Source: Polyangiales bacterium
GTDB taxonomy: Bacteria; Myxococcota_A; Polyangia; Polyangiales; Polyangiaceae
Direction: 5' to 3'
DNA: 45,674 nucleotides
Assembly (NCBI GenBank): GCA_038230375.1
Contig: JBBRNJ010000073.1
Coordinates: 1-45,674, forward strand
Made by a program: the position numbers and the translations under genes. Positions 29,852 through 39,798 of this stretch are shown here, in pieces (the first letter of the stretch is position 1; each line of letters opens with the position of its first letter). Under the pieces are notes generated by a model. That model made no database searches, was not told the origin of the DNA, and saw only the letters and a list, made by a program, of their open reading frames with translations.

Positions 29852-30811
29852 TCAGAGCATCGACTTGTAGTACTCGGCCGTGCGGCGAATGCCCTCTTCG
29901 AGATGTACCTTCGCCTCGATGCCGAGGAGGTCCTTCATCTTCGTGGCCGAGGGGATGCGCAGCTCCACGTCGGCGGAGTCGCGTGCGACGAACGAGATCG
30001 TCGACTTCGAGCCCGTCACGCGGACGATCATCTCGGCCAGGCCGTACGTGGTGGCCACCGCGAGCTCGTTGCCAACGTTGAACGATTCGCCGACCGCCTT
30101 GGGGTTGGTGAACGCCGCCATGAGCACGTCGACCATGTCGTCGACGTAGCACCAGGAGCGGATCTGGGTGCCGGAGCCGTAGATGCTGATCGGCTCGTTC
30201 TTGAGCGCGCGCAGGATGAAGTTGCGGATGGCGCCTTCGCCGACCTGACCCGGTCCGTAGACGTTGAACGGGCGGATGACCACGGTCGGGAGCTTCTGCT
30301 CGCGGTGGTACATGATCGCCAGGTGCTCCTCGGCGAGCTTGCCCACGGCGTAAGCCCAGCGCGGCTCACCGACGCCGCCGACGGTGGTGCTGTCCTTCTC
30401 GGACACGCGGAAGGCGCGCTGTCCGTAGACCTCGCTGGTGGAGAAGCAGAGGACGCGATCGCAGGCGGGCAAACGCGCGGCGGCCTCGAGCACGTTGGCG
30501 GAGCCGAGCATGTTCACGCGCAGCGTGGTGACCGGGCTCTTCGTGACGGTGTCGATGCCAGCGATCGCGGCGCAGTGGACCACGATCGTGTGGCCCTTCA
30601 TGCTCTCCTCGACCTTGGCGCCATCGAGCACGTCGCCCTTGATCAGCTTCACGTTCGCGTGGGTGCCGTACGACTTGTCTTTCAGCGAATCGCGCGCGAA
30701 CGTGTCGTAGACGGTGATCTCGTTCTTCTCGTACAGCTTGCCGATGAGGCGCGAGCCGATGAACCCGGCGCCGCCGGTGATGAAGAACTTCTTGCCGGTG
30801 ATCTCGCTCAT
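29852..30811 (-). CDS. NAD-dependent nucleotide-sugar epimerase/decarboxylase (UXS/ArnA-like SDR)
   Basis: TGGAGFIG, STSEVYG, PRWAYAVGK, RPFNVYGP, RSWCYVDD; ATGA overlap. Confidence 0.9.
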   Translation of the reverse strand: MSEITGKKFFITGGAGFIGSRLIGKLYEKNEITVYDTFARDSLKDKSYGTHANVKLIKGDVLDGAKVEESMKGHTIVVHCAAIAGIDTVTKSPVTTLRVNMLGSANVLEAAARLPACDRVLCFSTSEVYGQRAFRVSEKDSTTVGGVGEPRWAYAVGKLAEEHLAIMYHREQKLPTVVIRPFNVYGPGQVGEGAIRNFILRALKNEPISIYGSGTQIRSWCYVDDMVDVLMAAFTNPKAVGESFNVGNELAVATTYGLAEMIVRVTGSKSTISFVARDSADVELRIPSATKMKDLLGIEAKVHLEEGIRRTAEYYKSML

Positions 30812-32145
30812 GATGCGCTCCTGGGAGTTTCCACTTTGCCGCGCCCCAGGCCACGGAACACGAAGCCGGCCTTGATCGCCGCCGATGTCTCCACCATGTG
30901 ACGTCCATCCACCAAAACCGGTGTCTTGAGCTCGGTCTTCAGTCTGGCGAGATCCAGGTTCTTGTACTCGTCGTGCGCGACCATGACGATCGCGGCGTTC
31001 GCGTTGTGCACCGTCTTCCACAGGTCGCCCTGGTATTTCGGGTACCAAGGGTCGTGCACCACGACCTGGGCGCCCCAGTCCTGGAGGTGCTCGATGAGCG
31101 CCTGGCTTGGGCTGTTGCGAACGTCATCTGAGTTCTCGAGGTACGCGTAGCCCAGCACGGCGAGCTTTGCGCCGTGTACGCCAAGCCCCATGTCCTCGAG
31201 CGCGTCTTCGACGAGCCGCGCGGTGTGGAGCGGCATGCCGTCATTGACAGCGCGCGCCGTGGAGATGAGCGACGTCTTCTCGGCCTGGATCCCGTGGACC
31301 AGGAGCCACGGATCCTTCGGGATGCAATGCCCGCCAACGCCCGCGCCCGCGATGAGCATGTTGCGACCCGGGGACTTGTTGACGAACTCGCGCACGCGGC
31401 GGAAGTCGGCACCCGACGACTCGCAGATGAGCGCGAGCTCGTTCGCGAATGCGATGTTCACGTCGCGGAAGGTGTTCTCCGCGGTCTTCGTGAGCTCCGC
31501 GGTGATGCAGTCCGTGGGGTCGAGCTCGCCGGCGACGATGGAGCGGTAGAGCGCGATCATGGCCTCCGCCGTGTCTGGCGTGGAGCCGCCGCACACACGG
31601 GAGAGCTCCTTCAGGTTCTTCAGCAGCTTGCCGGGCATCACGCGCTCCGGGCAGTGGCCAAGATAGAACCCGGTGTTGAGCTTGCGCTCCGAGTGCTTCT
31701 CCAGCAACGGCGCCACGAAGTTCACGGTGGTTCCAGGCGCCACGGTGGACTCCACGATCACGAGCGCGCCCTCTTTCATCACGCGGCCGAGCGCGCGGCA
31801 TGCGCTGCGCAATGCCTCGAAGCGCGGCCGATGGTCGCTGGCCACGGGCGTGTCCACGTCGATGAGGATGATGTCTGCTGCCTTCAGCGAGTTGTAGTCC
31901 GTGGTCGCCGTGAGCTTCCCGCTCTTCGTGACCTCTGCGATGAGCTCGGGCAGGCCAGGCTCGATCCCCTCGATCGGGCACTCGCCTGCGTTGATCTTCT
32001 CGACGCGGTCCGCCTTGATCTCGACGCCGACGACCCTGAAGCCCGCGCCCGCAAGGGCCGAAGCGACCGAGATGCCCACGTAGCCAAGGCCAATGACACC
32101 AACGGTGGCCTTGCGCGACTCGATGAGGGAAATAAGTTCTTTCAT
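30808..32145 (-). CDS. Nucleotide-sugar dehydrogenase (WecC/TviB-like UDP-HexNAc dehydrogenase)
   Basis: GLGYVG, ESTVAPG, CPERVMPG, KTAENTFRDVNIAFANE, GVGGHCIPKDP. Confidence 0.93.
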   Translation of the reverse strand: MKELISLIESRKATVGVIGLGYVGISVASALAGAGFRVVGVEIKADRVEKINAGECPIEGIEPGLPELIAEVTKSGKLTATTDYNSLKAADIILIDVDTPVASDHRPRFEALRSACRALGRVMKEGALVIVESTVAPGTTVNFVAPLLEKHSERKLNTGFYLGHCPERVMPGKLLKNLKELSRVCGGSTPDTAEAMIALYRSIVAGELDPTDCITAELTKTAENTFRDVNIAFANELALICESSGADFRRVREFVNKSPGRNMLIAGAGVGGHCIPKDPWLLVHGIQAEKTSLISTARAVNDGMPLHTARLVEDALEDMGLGVHGAKLAVLGYAYLENSDDVRNSPSQALIEHLQDWGAQVVVHDPWYPKYQGDLWKTVHNANAAIVMVAHDEYKNLDLARLKTELKTPVLVDGRHMVETSAAIKAGFVFRGLGRGKVETPRSAS

Positions 32146-32225
32146 GCCCGTCTGCGTGCTTTTAGTACGAAAGACCAGGCTCGTCTCGGGATTTTGGACC
32201 CGAATTTCCCGGACAACGTGCCCAG

Positions 32226-34241
32226 CTAGCGCCGCTCCAGCACCAGCTCCTCGAGCGTGACCTTCGCGCCTCCGCGGGAGAACACGCGCGCCTCCAGCTC
32301 GTGGACGGGGCGGTCAAAGGAGAGCTCCAGGCGCACGAGCTCTCCACCTGACGTCTGCGGCAACAGATTCGCCTCTGCCGAGCGTTCGATGACCACGTCC
32401 GGCTTGCCCGTGACCAGGTCCTTCACCGTCACGTCGAAGCCCACTGCACCCTTCGGCTCGGACACGCTTCCGATCCAGCGCACCACGTAGTTGCCCTTGG
32501 GTACGTCGATGTACGGGCCGAAGACCACGCAGCCTTCTTCACCACTCGCGGTGACGCGATCACCGGCGGCCTCGCCCTTCACGCGGCGAAGCTGAGGGAA
32601 TGCGGCCTTCATCCGCATGGGCATGCGCAGGTCCTCGCCGTCGGGAATGGGCACGTCGAGCCAGTCGAGCGGCGCGCGAGCCGTCTCGTACACGGCCACG
32701 TCGAAGTAGTTGCCTGCGTTGAAGCGCTCGATGGGCGGGGGCAGCTTTGCAGTGGCGCGCGTTCTGGCCTCGGCCTCGTCGGGAGCGGAGGCCACGTAGA
32801 AGCGCGTCGGCAGGGCGGGGCGATCGAAGCACGTCGTCCGCGTGTTCCATTTGTACGGGCGCAGGTCACTGTCGAAATACACGGAGCAGTCCAGGGTCTC
32901 GCCGTTCGAGAGCAGCGTGACAAGGTTCGCGTTCCAGTACGTGGAGAAGCCGTGGGTGAGGCCGCGCGCTCGCAGCTCGTTCGCGAGCTCCTGATGCGCG
33001 CCGCGGTTCGCCCACTGCCCCGAGTCGTTCTGCAGGCTGTAGCTGCCGACGATGCGCAAGAGCGAGAACACCGCGGTCAGCGGCGCGAGGACCAGCCATG
33101 CGAGCGCGATGCGGCGCCATGCGCGCGACTCCGACAGCGCCTCCACAGCGATGATCGCCGCGAGCCCGAAGCACACGAGCAGGCTCGGCATCAGGTAACG
33201 CACCGACCACGGGTTCACCACCAGGTTGCCGACGACGAGCGGGAGCACTGCGGCCGAGAGCTGCGCCAGCACGGCAACACACGCGAATCGCTTCACCGTC
33301 AGCTCGCGCGATGCAAAGACGTGGCGCACGACCAGGGCGATCGCGCCGAGCATGAACAAGATCGGCGGCACGACCAGCAGGTTCACCTGGCCCTGCTCGC
33401 CCGCCAGGAACGCGATGCCGCGCCCCAGGGTCTCCACGTTCTCCTTGATGCCAGCCAGATCCTTCAGGTGGAAGGCGTTGTGGCCAGACGGAATGGAGAA
33501 GGTGACGACGCGCCTGATCACCAGCTCGTACCCAAGAACGGCAAGCCCGTACGCGGCGAGCGCGCCACCGGCGACCTGTCCGCGCGCGCGGAGCGATACG
33601 CCGCGCCAGGGCCACAGACACCCCAGGACGATCGGGCTCGCAGTGAACACCAGCCCGCGCGCAGGGCTCTGGATCGAGACCGCGAAGATCAGGAAAAATC
33701 CCAGCGCTGCGAGCCGCGCACGCGCACGCGGCTTTCCGCTATCCGGCCAGAGGAGCAGCGCGCCCGGGAGCGTGTAGATCACGGCGTAGATGCTCGAGGC
33801 GAATCCGTACGACAGCTCCACGTACACGAAGAGCACGTGAAGGCGCGACCAGGCCATCAACATGAGGCTCGCGCCGAAGAGCGCGGTGAGACGGTCGCCC
33901 CCGGCGCGTCGGTACGCCCACGTCACTGCGGCGATCTCCGCGGTGAACCCCAGGATGCTGGCCACCTGAAGGGCAAGAGGAGACACGCCCAGGAGGGCCA
34001 CGGGAACGAGCGCGGCGATGTGCGGCGCGAAGAACCACACCTCGCCGTTGCCGTAGTACCAGTCACCGAAGACCGGAGCGTGCGCATGGAGCGCGCGGCT
34101 TGCCATCAGCACCGTTGCGGCCGCATCGGAATGGATCACGTGCCGGAACTTCACGCCGTACAGGTACACGGCGTCCACGAGCAACGTGCCCAACGTCAGC
34201 ACGATCAGCGCGCGGAGCCATCGGGGGCGGCTTTCCGACAT
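32226..34241 (-). CDS. Polytopic membrane protein, probable GT-C glycosyltransferase
   Basis: HSDAA..DWYYGNGE after TM1, multiple TMs, RYL, GFSTYWNAN, C-terminal FGPYIDVPKGNY beta domain. Confidence 0.65.
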   Translation of the reverse strand: MSESRPRWLRALIVLTLGTLLVDAVYLYGVKFRHVIHSDAAATVLMASRALHAHAPVFGDWYYGNGEVWFFAPHIAALVPVALLGVSPLALQVASILGFTAEIAAVTWAYRRAGGDRLTALFGASLMLMAWSRLHVLFVYVELSYGFASSIYAVIYTLPGALLLWPDSGKPRARARLAALGFFLIFAVSIQSPARGLVFTASPIVLGCLWPWRGVSLRARGQVAGGALAAYGLAVLGYELVIRRVVTFSIPSGHNAFHLKDLAGIKENVETLGRGIAFLAGEQGQVNLLVVPPILFMLGAIALVVRHVFASRELTVKRFACVAVLAQLSAAVLPLVVGNLVVNPWSVRYLMPSLLVCFGLAAIIAVEALSESRAWRRIALAWLVLAPLTAVFSLLRIVGSYSLQNDSGQWANRGAHQELANELRARGLTHGFSTYWNANLVTLLSNGETLDCSVYFDSDLRPYKWNTRTTCFDRPALPTRFYVASAPDEAEARTRATAKLPPPIERFNAGNYFDVAVYETARAPLDWLDVPIPDGEDLRMPMRMKAAFPQLRRVKGEAAGDRVTASGEEGCVVFGPYIDVPKGNYVVRWIGSVSEPKGAVGFDVTVKDLVTGKPDVVIERSAEANLLPQTSGGELVRLELSFDRPVHELEARVFSRGGAKVTLEELVLERR

Positions 34242-34347
34242 GGCGCTCTTGTACACCGAAGCGCGCTCGCTCGCAGGCCGGTTGTCGCCGCGCGCGGAAC
34301 GCGAAAACGGGCTCGTGTCGCTGGGGTGCGGTGTTAAGGTGCGCCGC

Positions 34348-36018
34348 GTGGAAGTGCATCCCCCGGCGGCGCCCTCGAAGACCGGCCTGCGCGCCGTGCT
34401 GGGCGCGCATCGCTGGGCGCTCCTGCTGTTCCTCGTGGGCGCGGTGGTGCATCTGGTCCGGCTGGATGTGTGGCCGGCGCCCGCCGGCGACGAGGTCAAC
34501 TGGTTCGAGATGGCGGAGGACGCACACGCCGGTGGCAGCCCGCAGCTCCAGGGCATTGCTGGCTTCGCGTCCACGCTCTTCGCGCGCCTCGTGGCCGTGG
34601 GATTCGTTGGCGGAAAGATCGACTGGTGGCACGCACGGCTCCCGCTCGCGCTCTCCGTGCTGATCCTCGCGGCCCTCTCGTATGGGGTGCTTTTCAGGGC
34701 CGGGCGGTCTCGCGCGGGGCTCTTCTTCATGGCGTGGCAGCTCTTCTCGCCGTGGGCGCTCGTGTGGAGTCGCACTGTTTCCGTCTCGTACGCGATCATG
34801 AGCGGGCTCGGTGCGCTTGGAACGCTCGTTTTCTGGATCGCGCTGGACGAGAAGCGCGCAACGCCGCGCACGCTCGGGCTCGTCATCGGGTCTCAGCTCT
34901 TGATGCTGGACCTCTATCTGTCGCCGTTCGCGTGCGCGCCTCTCGTGGCCTCCGCGCTCGTGCTCCTCATGCACCCCGCACGACGAAGCATCCTGCGCTC
35001 GCCCGGGCCGTGGCTCTCGCTCGCCTTCGCGGCCGTGGAGGTGTTTCCCATGGCGCGCGCCGCATCGGGTGTGGCGGGCCTGCACGGCTACACGTGGGCG
35101 CAGATCTCGGAGAACGCCGCGTCACGATCCCTGCTGTTTCTACGCGCGATCGTGGACGGTCTGGATGGGACGGCCACGCTGCAGCATTTCCTGTGGTGCA
35201 CCAGCGCGACGCCCGTGTTCTCCGCCGTCATCCTCTTCATGGCACGGATGTCCGTGCTCGTGATCGGTGCGCTCGTTCTTCGCGCCGCGGTCCGGGGAGC
35301 CGCGCGCGCCGAGGAGCCGTGGGCCATGCGCGCGGTCCTCACCGTCGCCGTGGCGCTCTTGACCACGCCGGTGTTGCTCGCGCCGGCGCGCGACTGGTCC
35401 ATGCCCACCATCGACAGTGACCGCTACGCCTTCGCCTGGAGCATGCCCGCTGGAATGCTCGTCGCGCTCGTGACGAGCCGCGGCGCTCGCCTGGAACGCG
35501 TCCTCTCGCGCGCCGCGATGCTCGCGTGGGTGGTCCTGCCTGGGGCCGCGCTCGTCGTGATGGCCTATCTCGGGCCAGGGCCGGACTGCGGCGTCGATCG
35601 AGACGGCGGTGGCGCGTGGCGTGGTTGGCGCAGCGTCGCGGGGCCCAAGGCGCTCCCGGACTGGCTCGCCGACGAGAGCATGCGCGCGGCGGAGGGCGGG
35701 GACGCGGTGCTCGTCATCGACGACTTCTTCAGCCTGCGTGCGGTCCAGGTCTCGCTCCGGCTTCGCGGCGCGCGCGTGAAGCTGCTCTGGCCCGAGCACG
35801 ACGCCCAGCAAGAGCCCATGCTTCCGAGCGGGCGACTACTCGTGGCCCTCTGGCCCCCGTCTCTCTTTCCGCAGGAGCGCCCCGAGGGCACCGAAGGTCC
35901 CAGCATGCGGCTGCGCGAGATCGTGGAAAAGCGCGGCGGCCGAAGGGTCGCAGAAGCCACGGCGCAAAACGGTCGTCCAGTCCTGGAGCTGTGGGTCCTG
36001 GACGCCGCTGCGCCATGA
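34348..36018 (+). CDS. Polytopic membrane protein, ArnT/PMT-like GT-C
   Basis: GDE after TM1, ARLP, W-S-R, DRY; start chosen from TAAGGT-N7-GTG. Confidence 0.6.
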   Translation: MEVHPPAAPSKTGLRAVLGAHRWALLLFLVGAVVHLVRLDVWPAPAGDEVNWFEMAEDAHAGGSPQLQGIAGFASTLFARLVAVGFVGGKIDWWHARLPLALSVLILAALSYGVLFRAGRSRAGLFFMAWQLFSPWALVWSRTVSVSYAIMSGLGALGTLVFWIALDEKRATPRTLGLVIGSQLLMLDLYLSPFACAPLVASALVLLMHPARRSILRSPGPWLSLAFAAVEVFPMARAASGVAGLHGYTWAQISENAASRSLLFLRAIVDGLDGTATLQHFLWCTSATPVFSAVILFMARMSVLVIGALVLRAAVRGAARAEEPWAMRAVLTVAVALLTTPVLLAPARDWSMPTIDSDRYAFAWSMPAGMLVALVTSRGARLERVLSRAAMLAWVVLPGAALVVMAYLGPGPDCGVDRDGGGAWRGWRSVAGPKALPDWLADESMRAAEGGDAVLVIDDFFSLRAVQVSLRLRGARVKLLWPEHDAQQEPMLPSGRLLVALWPPSLFPQERPEGTEGPSMRLREIVEKRGGRRVAEATAQNGRPVLELWVLDAAAP

Positions 36019-36201
36019 GCGTGCGCGCGGTCGTGTGGGCGTTGTGCATCAGCGTTGCCGACCGTGGTCACCGGTTCGTCCGTCCGTGGCCACCTGGGTC
36101 TGGCGGGAACCCGGCAAACTCCCTGTCGCGTGCACGGCACGCGCGATGCTTGCGCACCCGCTGATATGCGAGTCGCGGCGGAAGTTGATAGAATGGAGCC
36201 C

Positions 36202-36915
36202 ATGGTCACTGCGACCGAGCTCCAGCACCTGCGCCCCGTGAAGGCGCTCGCCTTTCCCGCATCCGATCCGGAGTGGGAGATGGGCGAGTCAGGACGTCAC
36301 GGGCGCATGTGCGATCTTGTCTACCAGCTGCTCAGGCATGCGGTGGGCGATGGGCATTCCGTGGGCAAGGACAACTTCGTCTACTGGGACGCGAGCACGC
36401 CGCGACGCAAGTGTGCGCCGGATGTGTTCGTGAAGCTCGGGGTGCCGCACGCGCTGTTCGATGCGTGGAAGACGTGGGAGCACGGCGCGCCGGAGCTGGC
36501 GCTGGAGATCGTGAGCCCGAGCGACTCGCCCGAGAAGCTCACGTGGAAAGAGAAGATGGAACGCTACCTCGCGCTCGGGGTGCGGGAGCTTGTCGCCTTC
36601 CACGTCGAGTCGCCTGTCGGGTCGCGGCTCCGCGCGTGGGATCGCCTCGAGAACGATCTCGTGGAGCGTCTGGTAGAGAACGAGACCACGCCATGCGTGA
36701 CGCTGGGTGGCCTCCACTGGGTGCTTGTGCCGAGCCGTGCGCCGAGCGGGGAGGACCTGCCCATCGCGCTGCGCCTCGCGCGAGAACCCGCGGGGAGCGG
36801 GCTCGTGCCGACGTACGCGGAGGCCAGAGAAGCGGAGGCCATCGCGCGCGCCGCCGCGGCGACCGCGGAGGTGGTCAGTCTCCGCGCAGAGCTCGCAGCC
36901 GCACGGAATCGATAG
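36202..36915 (+). CDS. Uma2 (DUF820) family endonuclease-like protein
   Basis: ESGRH, APDVFV, PELALEIVSPS, EKMERYLALGVRE; start from TGaTAGAAT-N7-ATG. Confidence 0.88.
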   Translation: MVTATELQHLRPVKALAFPASDPEWEMGESGRHGRMCDLVYQLLRHAVGDGHSVGKDNFVYWDASTPRRKCAPDVFVKLGVPHALFDAWKTWEHGAPELALEIVSPSDSPEKLTWKEKMERYLALGVRELVAFHVESPVGSRLRAWDRLENDLVERLVENETTPCVTLGGLHWVLVPSRAPSGEDLPIALRLAREPAGSGLVPTYAEAREAEAIARAAAATAEVVSLRAELAAARNR

Positions 36916-36998
36916 GCGGCCGGTTCGTCCAGTCCGTCAGCGGCACATTCGCGCACCCGGTGCCATGAGCGGCGCGTTTCGACTATCATGCTGGGCCG

Positions 36999-37913
36999 AT
37001 GAGCGATCCGAGGAGCGGCGACACGAGGGTGCTTGTCACGGGCGCCGCTGGCCTCGTCGGGCACGCGGTGGTCTCACATCTGGTGTCTGCGGGCGCCATG
37101 GCTGTCGCCGTGGATCATGCCGGCGCTCGCGCCGAGCTGCCCGTCCCGCTGCGCTCGATTGACCTGGTCACGGAGGCGTGGCCGGACGGGCCGTGGGACG
37201 CGATCGTTCACTGCGCCGCGCAGGTGCCCATGAAGTACGAAGGCCCGGAGGCGGAAGCGGCGGAGCGCGCCAACCGCGTGATGGACGAGCGGGCGATCGA
37301 GCTCGCTACAAAGACCGGCGCCCACCTTGTCTTCCTGTCCTCCGGAAGCGTGTATGGTGCAACCATTGGCACCATCGACGAGCAGACGCCGGCCGCGCCG
37401 ACGCTCGGCTATTCCAGGGAGAAGCTGGCCACCGAGCAGGCGATCAAGGCGAGGGGCGACGCGCTGTCTGCCACCATCTTCCGCCTTGTCGCGCCGTACG
37501 GTTCGCGTCAGAAGCGCGCGACGGTGCTCCTGCGCTTCATCGACCTGGCGCTGTCGGGCGCGCCGCTCCGCTACTACGGGACGGGCGGCCGCACGCAGGA
37601 CTTCATCCACGTGGATGACGTGGCGGGCGCGATCGCAGCCGCCATCGCGAAGCGGGCACTGGGCACGTTCATCCTTGCGTCCGGCGAGACGATCACGATG
37701 CGCGATCTCGCGAACCTCGTTGTCTCCGTGACGAAGAGCACGAGCCCCGTCGAGCCCGCCAACCTGCCCGACGCGGAGGAGGGCAAACAGATCCGCTACG
37801 ACATTCGCCGCCTGCGCGAGGCCCTCGCGTTCACGCCTTCTCGCGCGCTGTCCGATGGTATTGCTGCGTGGGCTGCCATCCGCCGCGCCGCCGCCGCACC
37901 GAGCTCATCATGA
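36999..37913 (+). CDS. NAD-dependent epimerase/dehydratase
   Basis: VTGAAGLVG, HCAA, SSGSVYG, YSREK, RTQDFIHVDD. Confidence 0.9.
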   Translation: MSDPRSGDTRVLVTGAAGLVGHAVVSHLVSAGAMAVAVDHAGARAELPVPLRSIDLVTEAWPDGPWDAIVHCAAQVPMKYEGPEAEAAERANRVMDERAIELATKTGAHLVFLSSGSVYGATIGTIDEQTPAAPTLGYSREKLATEQAIKARGDALSATIFRLVAPYGSRQKRATVLLRFIDLALSGAPLRYYGTGGRTQDFIHVDDVAGAIAAAIAKRALGTFILASGETITMRDLANLVVSVTKSTSPVEPANLPDAEEGKQIRYDIRRLREALAFTPSRALSDGIAAWAAIRRAAAAPSSS

Positions 37914-39085
37914 CCGCCCTTCACTGGCACATTCCCGCTCTCCCATTCATCTATCGTCCACTCGAGACGCCAGACAACGGCTACGGGCTGCCCAACACGC
38001 TGCCGTTCGTCGTCACGCTCGACGAGACCAGCGGCCTCCTCCGCCAGCTTCCAGATGCTGCGGTCGCCGCCGCGCTCGAGCGCGCCTATGAGGTGGGCTC
38101 CGAGATCCCGGGCCTCATGGAGGAGCAGGGCATTGGTCGCGAGTACGCAGACGACTTCATCGCGCTGCTCGCAGATGCGCGCGGCTCCGCGGATCTCGCG
38201 GGCGCTCGCGTCCTGGAGATCGGCTGCGGCACCGGCTACCTGCTCTCGCGCATGCGCGATCTGGGCGCCACCGTCCTTGGCGTGGAGCCAGGACCCCACG
38301 GACAGACCGGCAGCAAGACCTACGGTGTCCCCGTGGTGCAGGGCTTCTTTCCGTGCGAGGGCGTCGCGGGTGAGTTCGATCTCATCGTGATGTATCTGGT
38401 CCTTGAGCACCTCCCCGACCCCACGGTGCTCATCTCACAGGCGTGCTCACACCTCGCAAAGGGCGGGCGTGTTGCGATCGTCGTCCCGGACGCGGAGCCG
38501 TTCCTGGAAGAAGGTGACGTCTCCACGCTCTTCCACGAGCACTACTCGTACTTCACCGCCGCCACGCTCGCGACCACGCTCCGCAAGACCGGCGCGACCG
38601 GAATCCGCGTCCGGCGCAGCGCGCTCGCGAAGCTCCTCTTCGCCACGTTCGGCGTTGCTTCATCGAATGAGCGTGACGCGCACCCGGATGACGTCGCGTT
38701 CGATCGCACGCTCGCTAGCTCGATCGCTCTCGCGCACGGCTTTCAGGCGGCCGTGGCGCAGACCACGAAGCGACTCGAAGACTACCTCTCGGACGCACGC
38801 AGCAAGGGCGAGAGCGTCGGGGTGTACGTGCCGGGCCGATTCGTGAACTACGTGGCCATGGCCGGCCTCTCCGTGACGGGGCTCCGCTTCTTCGACGACA
38901 GCGCCGCCACGCACGGGAAGTTTTTTCCGGGCATTGCGGTCGCGGTCGAGAACCGTGATGACCTCATCAAACGTCCGGCGTCCCGAGTTCTCGTGATGAG
39001 CAAGTCCTTCGGCAAGAAGATCAAGGATCGTCTTGTTCCGCTGCTGCCGTCGACAACCGCGATCACGACCCTGGACGAGCTCTGA
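37910..39085 (+). CDS. Class I SAM methyltransferase (NDP-sugar C-methyltransferase-like)
   Basis: VLEIGCGTG, VLEHLPDP, FHEHYSYF; ATGA overlap. Confidence 0.85.
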   Translation: MTALHWHIPALPFIYRPLETPDNGYGLPNTLPFVVTLDETSGLLRQLPDAAVAAALERAYEVGSEIPGLMEEQGIGREYADDFIALLADARGSADLAGARVLEIGCGTGYLLSRMRDLGATVLGVEPGPHGQTGSKTYGVPVVQGFFPCEGVAGEFDLIVMYLVLEHLPDPTVLISQACSHLAKGGRVAIVVPDAEPFLEEGDVSTLFHEHYSYFTAATLATTLRKTGATGIRVRRSALAKLLFATFGVASSNERDAHPDDVAFDRTLASSIALAHGFQAAVAQTTKRLEDYLSDARSKGESVGVYVPGRFVNYVAMAGLSVTGLRFFDDSAATHGKFFPGIAVAVENRDDLIKRPASRVLVMSKSFGKKIKDRLVPLLPSTTAITTLDEL

Positions 39086-39798
39086 TGCTCCTCGGCTTCT
39101 ATTCGGACGCTCATGGGAACCCGCGCGGCGCGGAGGCGTGCCTTCGTGTCCTGTCCCAGCAGCGGCTCGATCGCCTGTATTTTCTCGGCGATGCCGTCGG
39201 CTACATGCCGGACGCGGAGGCCGTGCTCGACCTGGTGTTGCAGAGCGGCGCGCACTGCATCCGCGGCAATCACGAGGAGATGCTCCTTGGCAACCTGCCC
39301 TACACCGCGGCACGCGAGGCGATTTACCGCATCGCCCCTGCGCGCGACCGGCTCACGCACGAGCATCGCGCGTTCATCACCTCGTGGCCGCTGCGCCGCG
39401 AAGAGACGCATGACGGCGTCCGCTTCCTCCTTGTCCACGGCAGCCCCACCGATCCCATCGGCGGGTACGTCTACCCCGACACGGAGCTCACGGGCTTTGC
39501 GGAGCTTTCATGCGACGTCGTCCTCATGGGGCAGACGCATCGCCCGTTCGTGCGCACCGCCGGCGCGGTCACCGCGATCAACGTGGGCTCGTCCGGGATG
39601 CCGCGCGACGTCGGCAACCTGGCCAGCTGCGCGGTCTACGACACGTCCTCACGCACGGCGGAGATCTTGCGGGTCCCGTTCGACGCCGCCCGGGTGGTGA
39701 TGGACCTGGGGGACCGCGTGGACGCATCCGTCTCTGCGTGCCTTGAGCGCAAAGCCAAAGGTGATATCGTCGGGCGACTTATCGATGAAAGAGCTTGA
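39085..39798 (+). CDS. Metallophosphoesterase (YfcE-like)
   Basis: SDAHGN, GDAVGY, RGNHE, HGSP, GQTHRP, NVGS. Confidence 0.9.
   Translation: MLLGFYSDAHGNPRGAEACLRVLSQQRLDRLYFLGDAVGYMPDAEAVLDLVLQSGAHCIRGNHEEMLLGNLPYTAAREAIYRIAPARDRLTHEHRAFITSWPLRREETHDGVRFLLVHGSPTDPIGGYVYPDTELTGFAELSCDVVLMGQTHRPFVRTAGAVTAINVGSSGMPRDVGNLASCAVYDTSSRTAEILRVPFDAARVVMDLGDRVDASVSACLERKAKGDIVGRLIDERA

Noticed and set aside
34239..34242. Two divergent genes sharing one CATG start palindrome
   Set aside because: GTG 34348 with its own -10 is the better start for the plus-strand gene
36100..36130. Cobalamin riboswitch-like GGGAACCCGGCAAACTCC
   Set aside because: Lacks the GGTG, ACTG and B12-box elements, and the downstream gene is unrelated
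36135..36149. Sigma54-like CGGCACGCGCGATGC upstream of Uma2
   Set aside because: Imperfect, lies inside a GC palindrome, and a stronger extended -10 sits just before ATG 36202; not fully excluded
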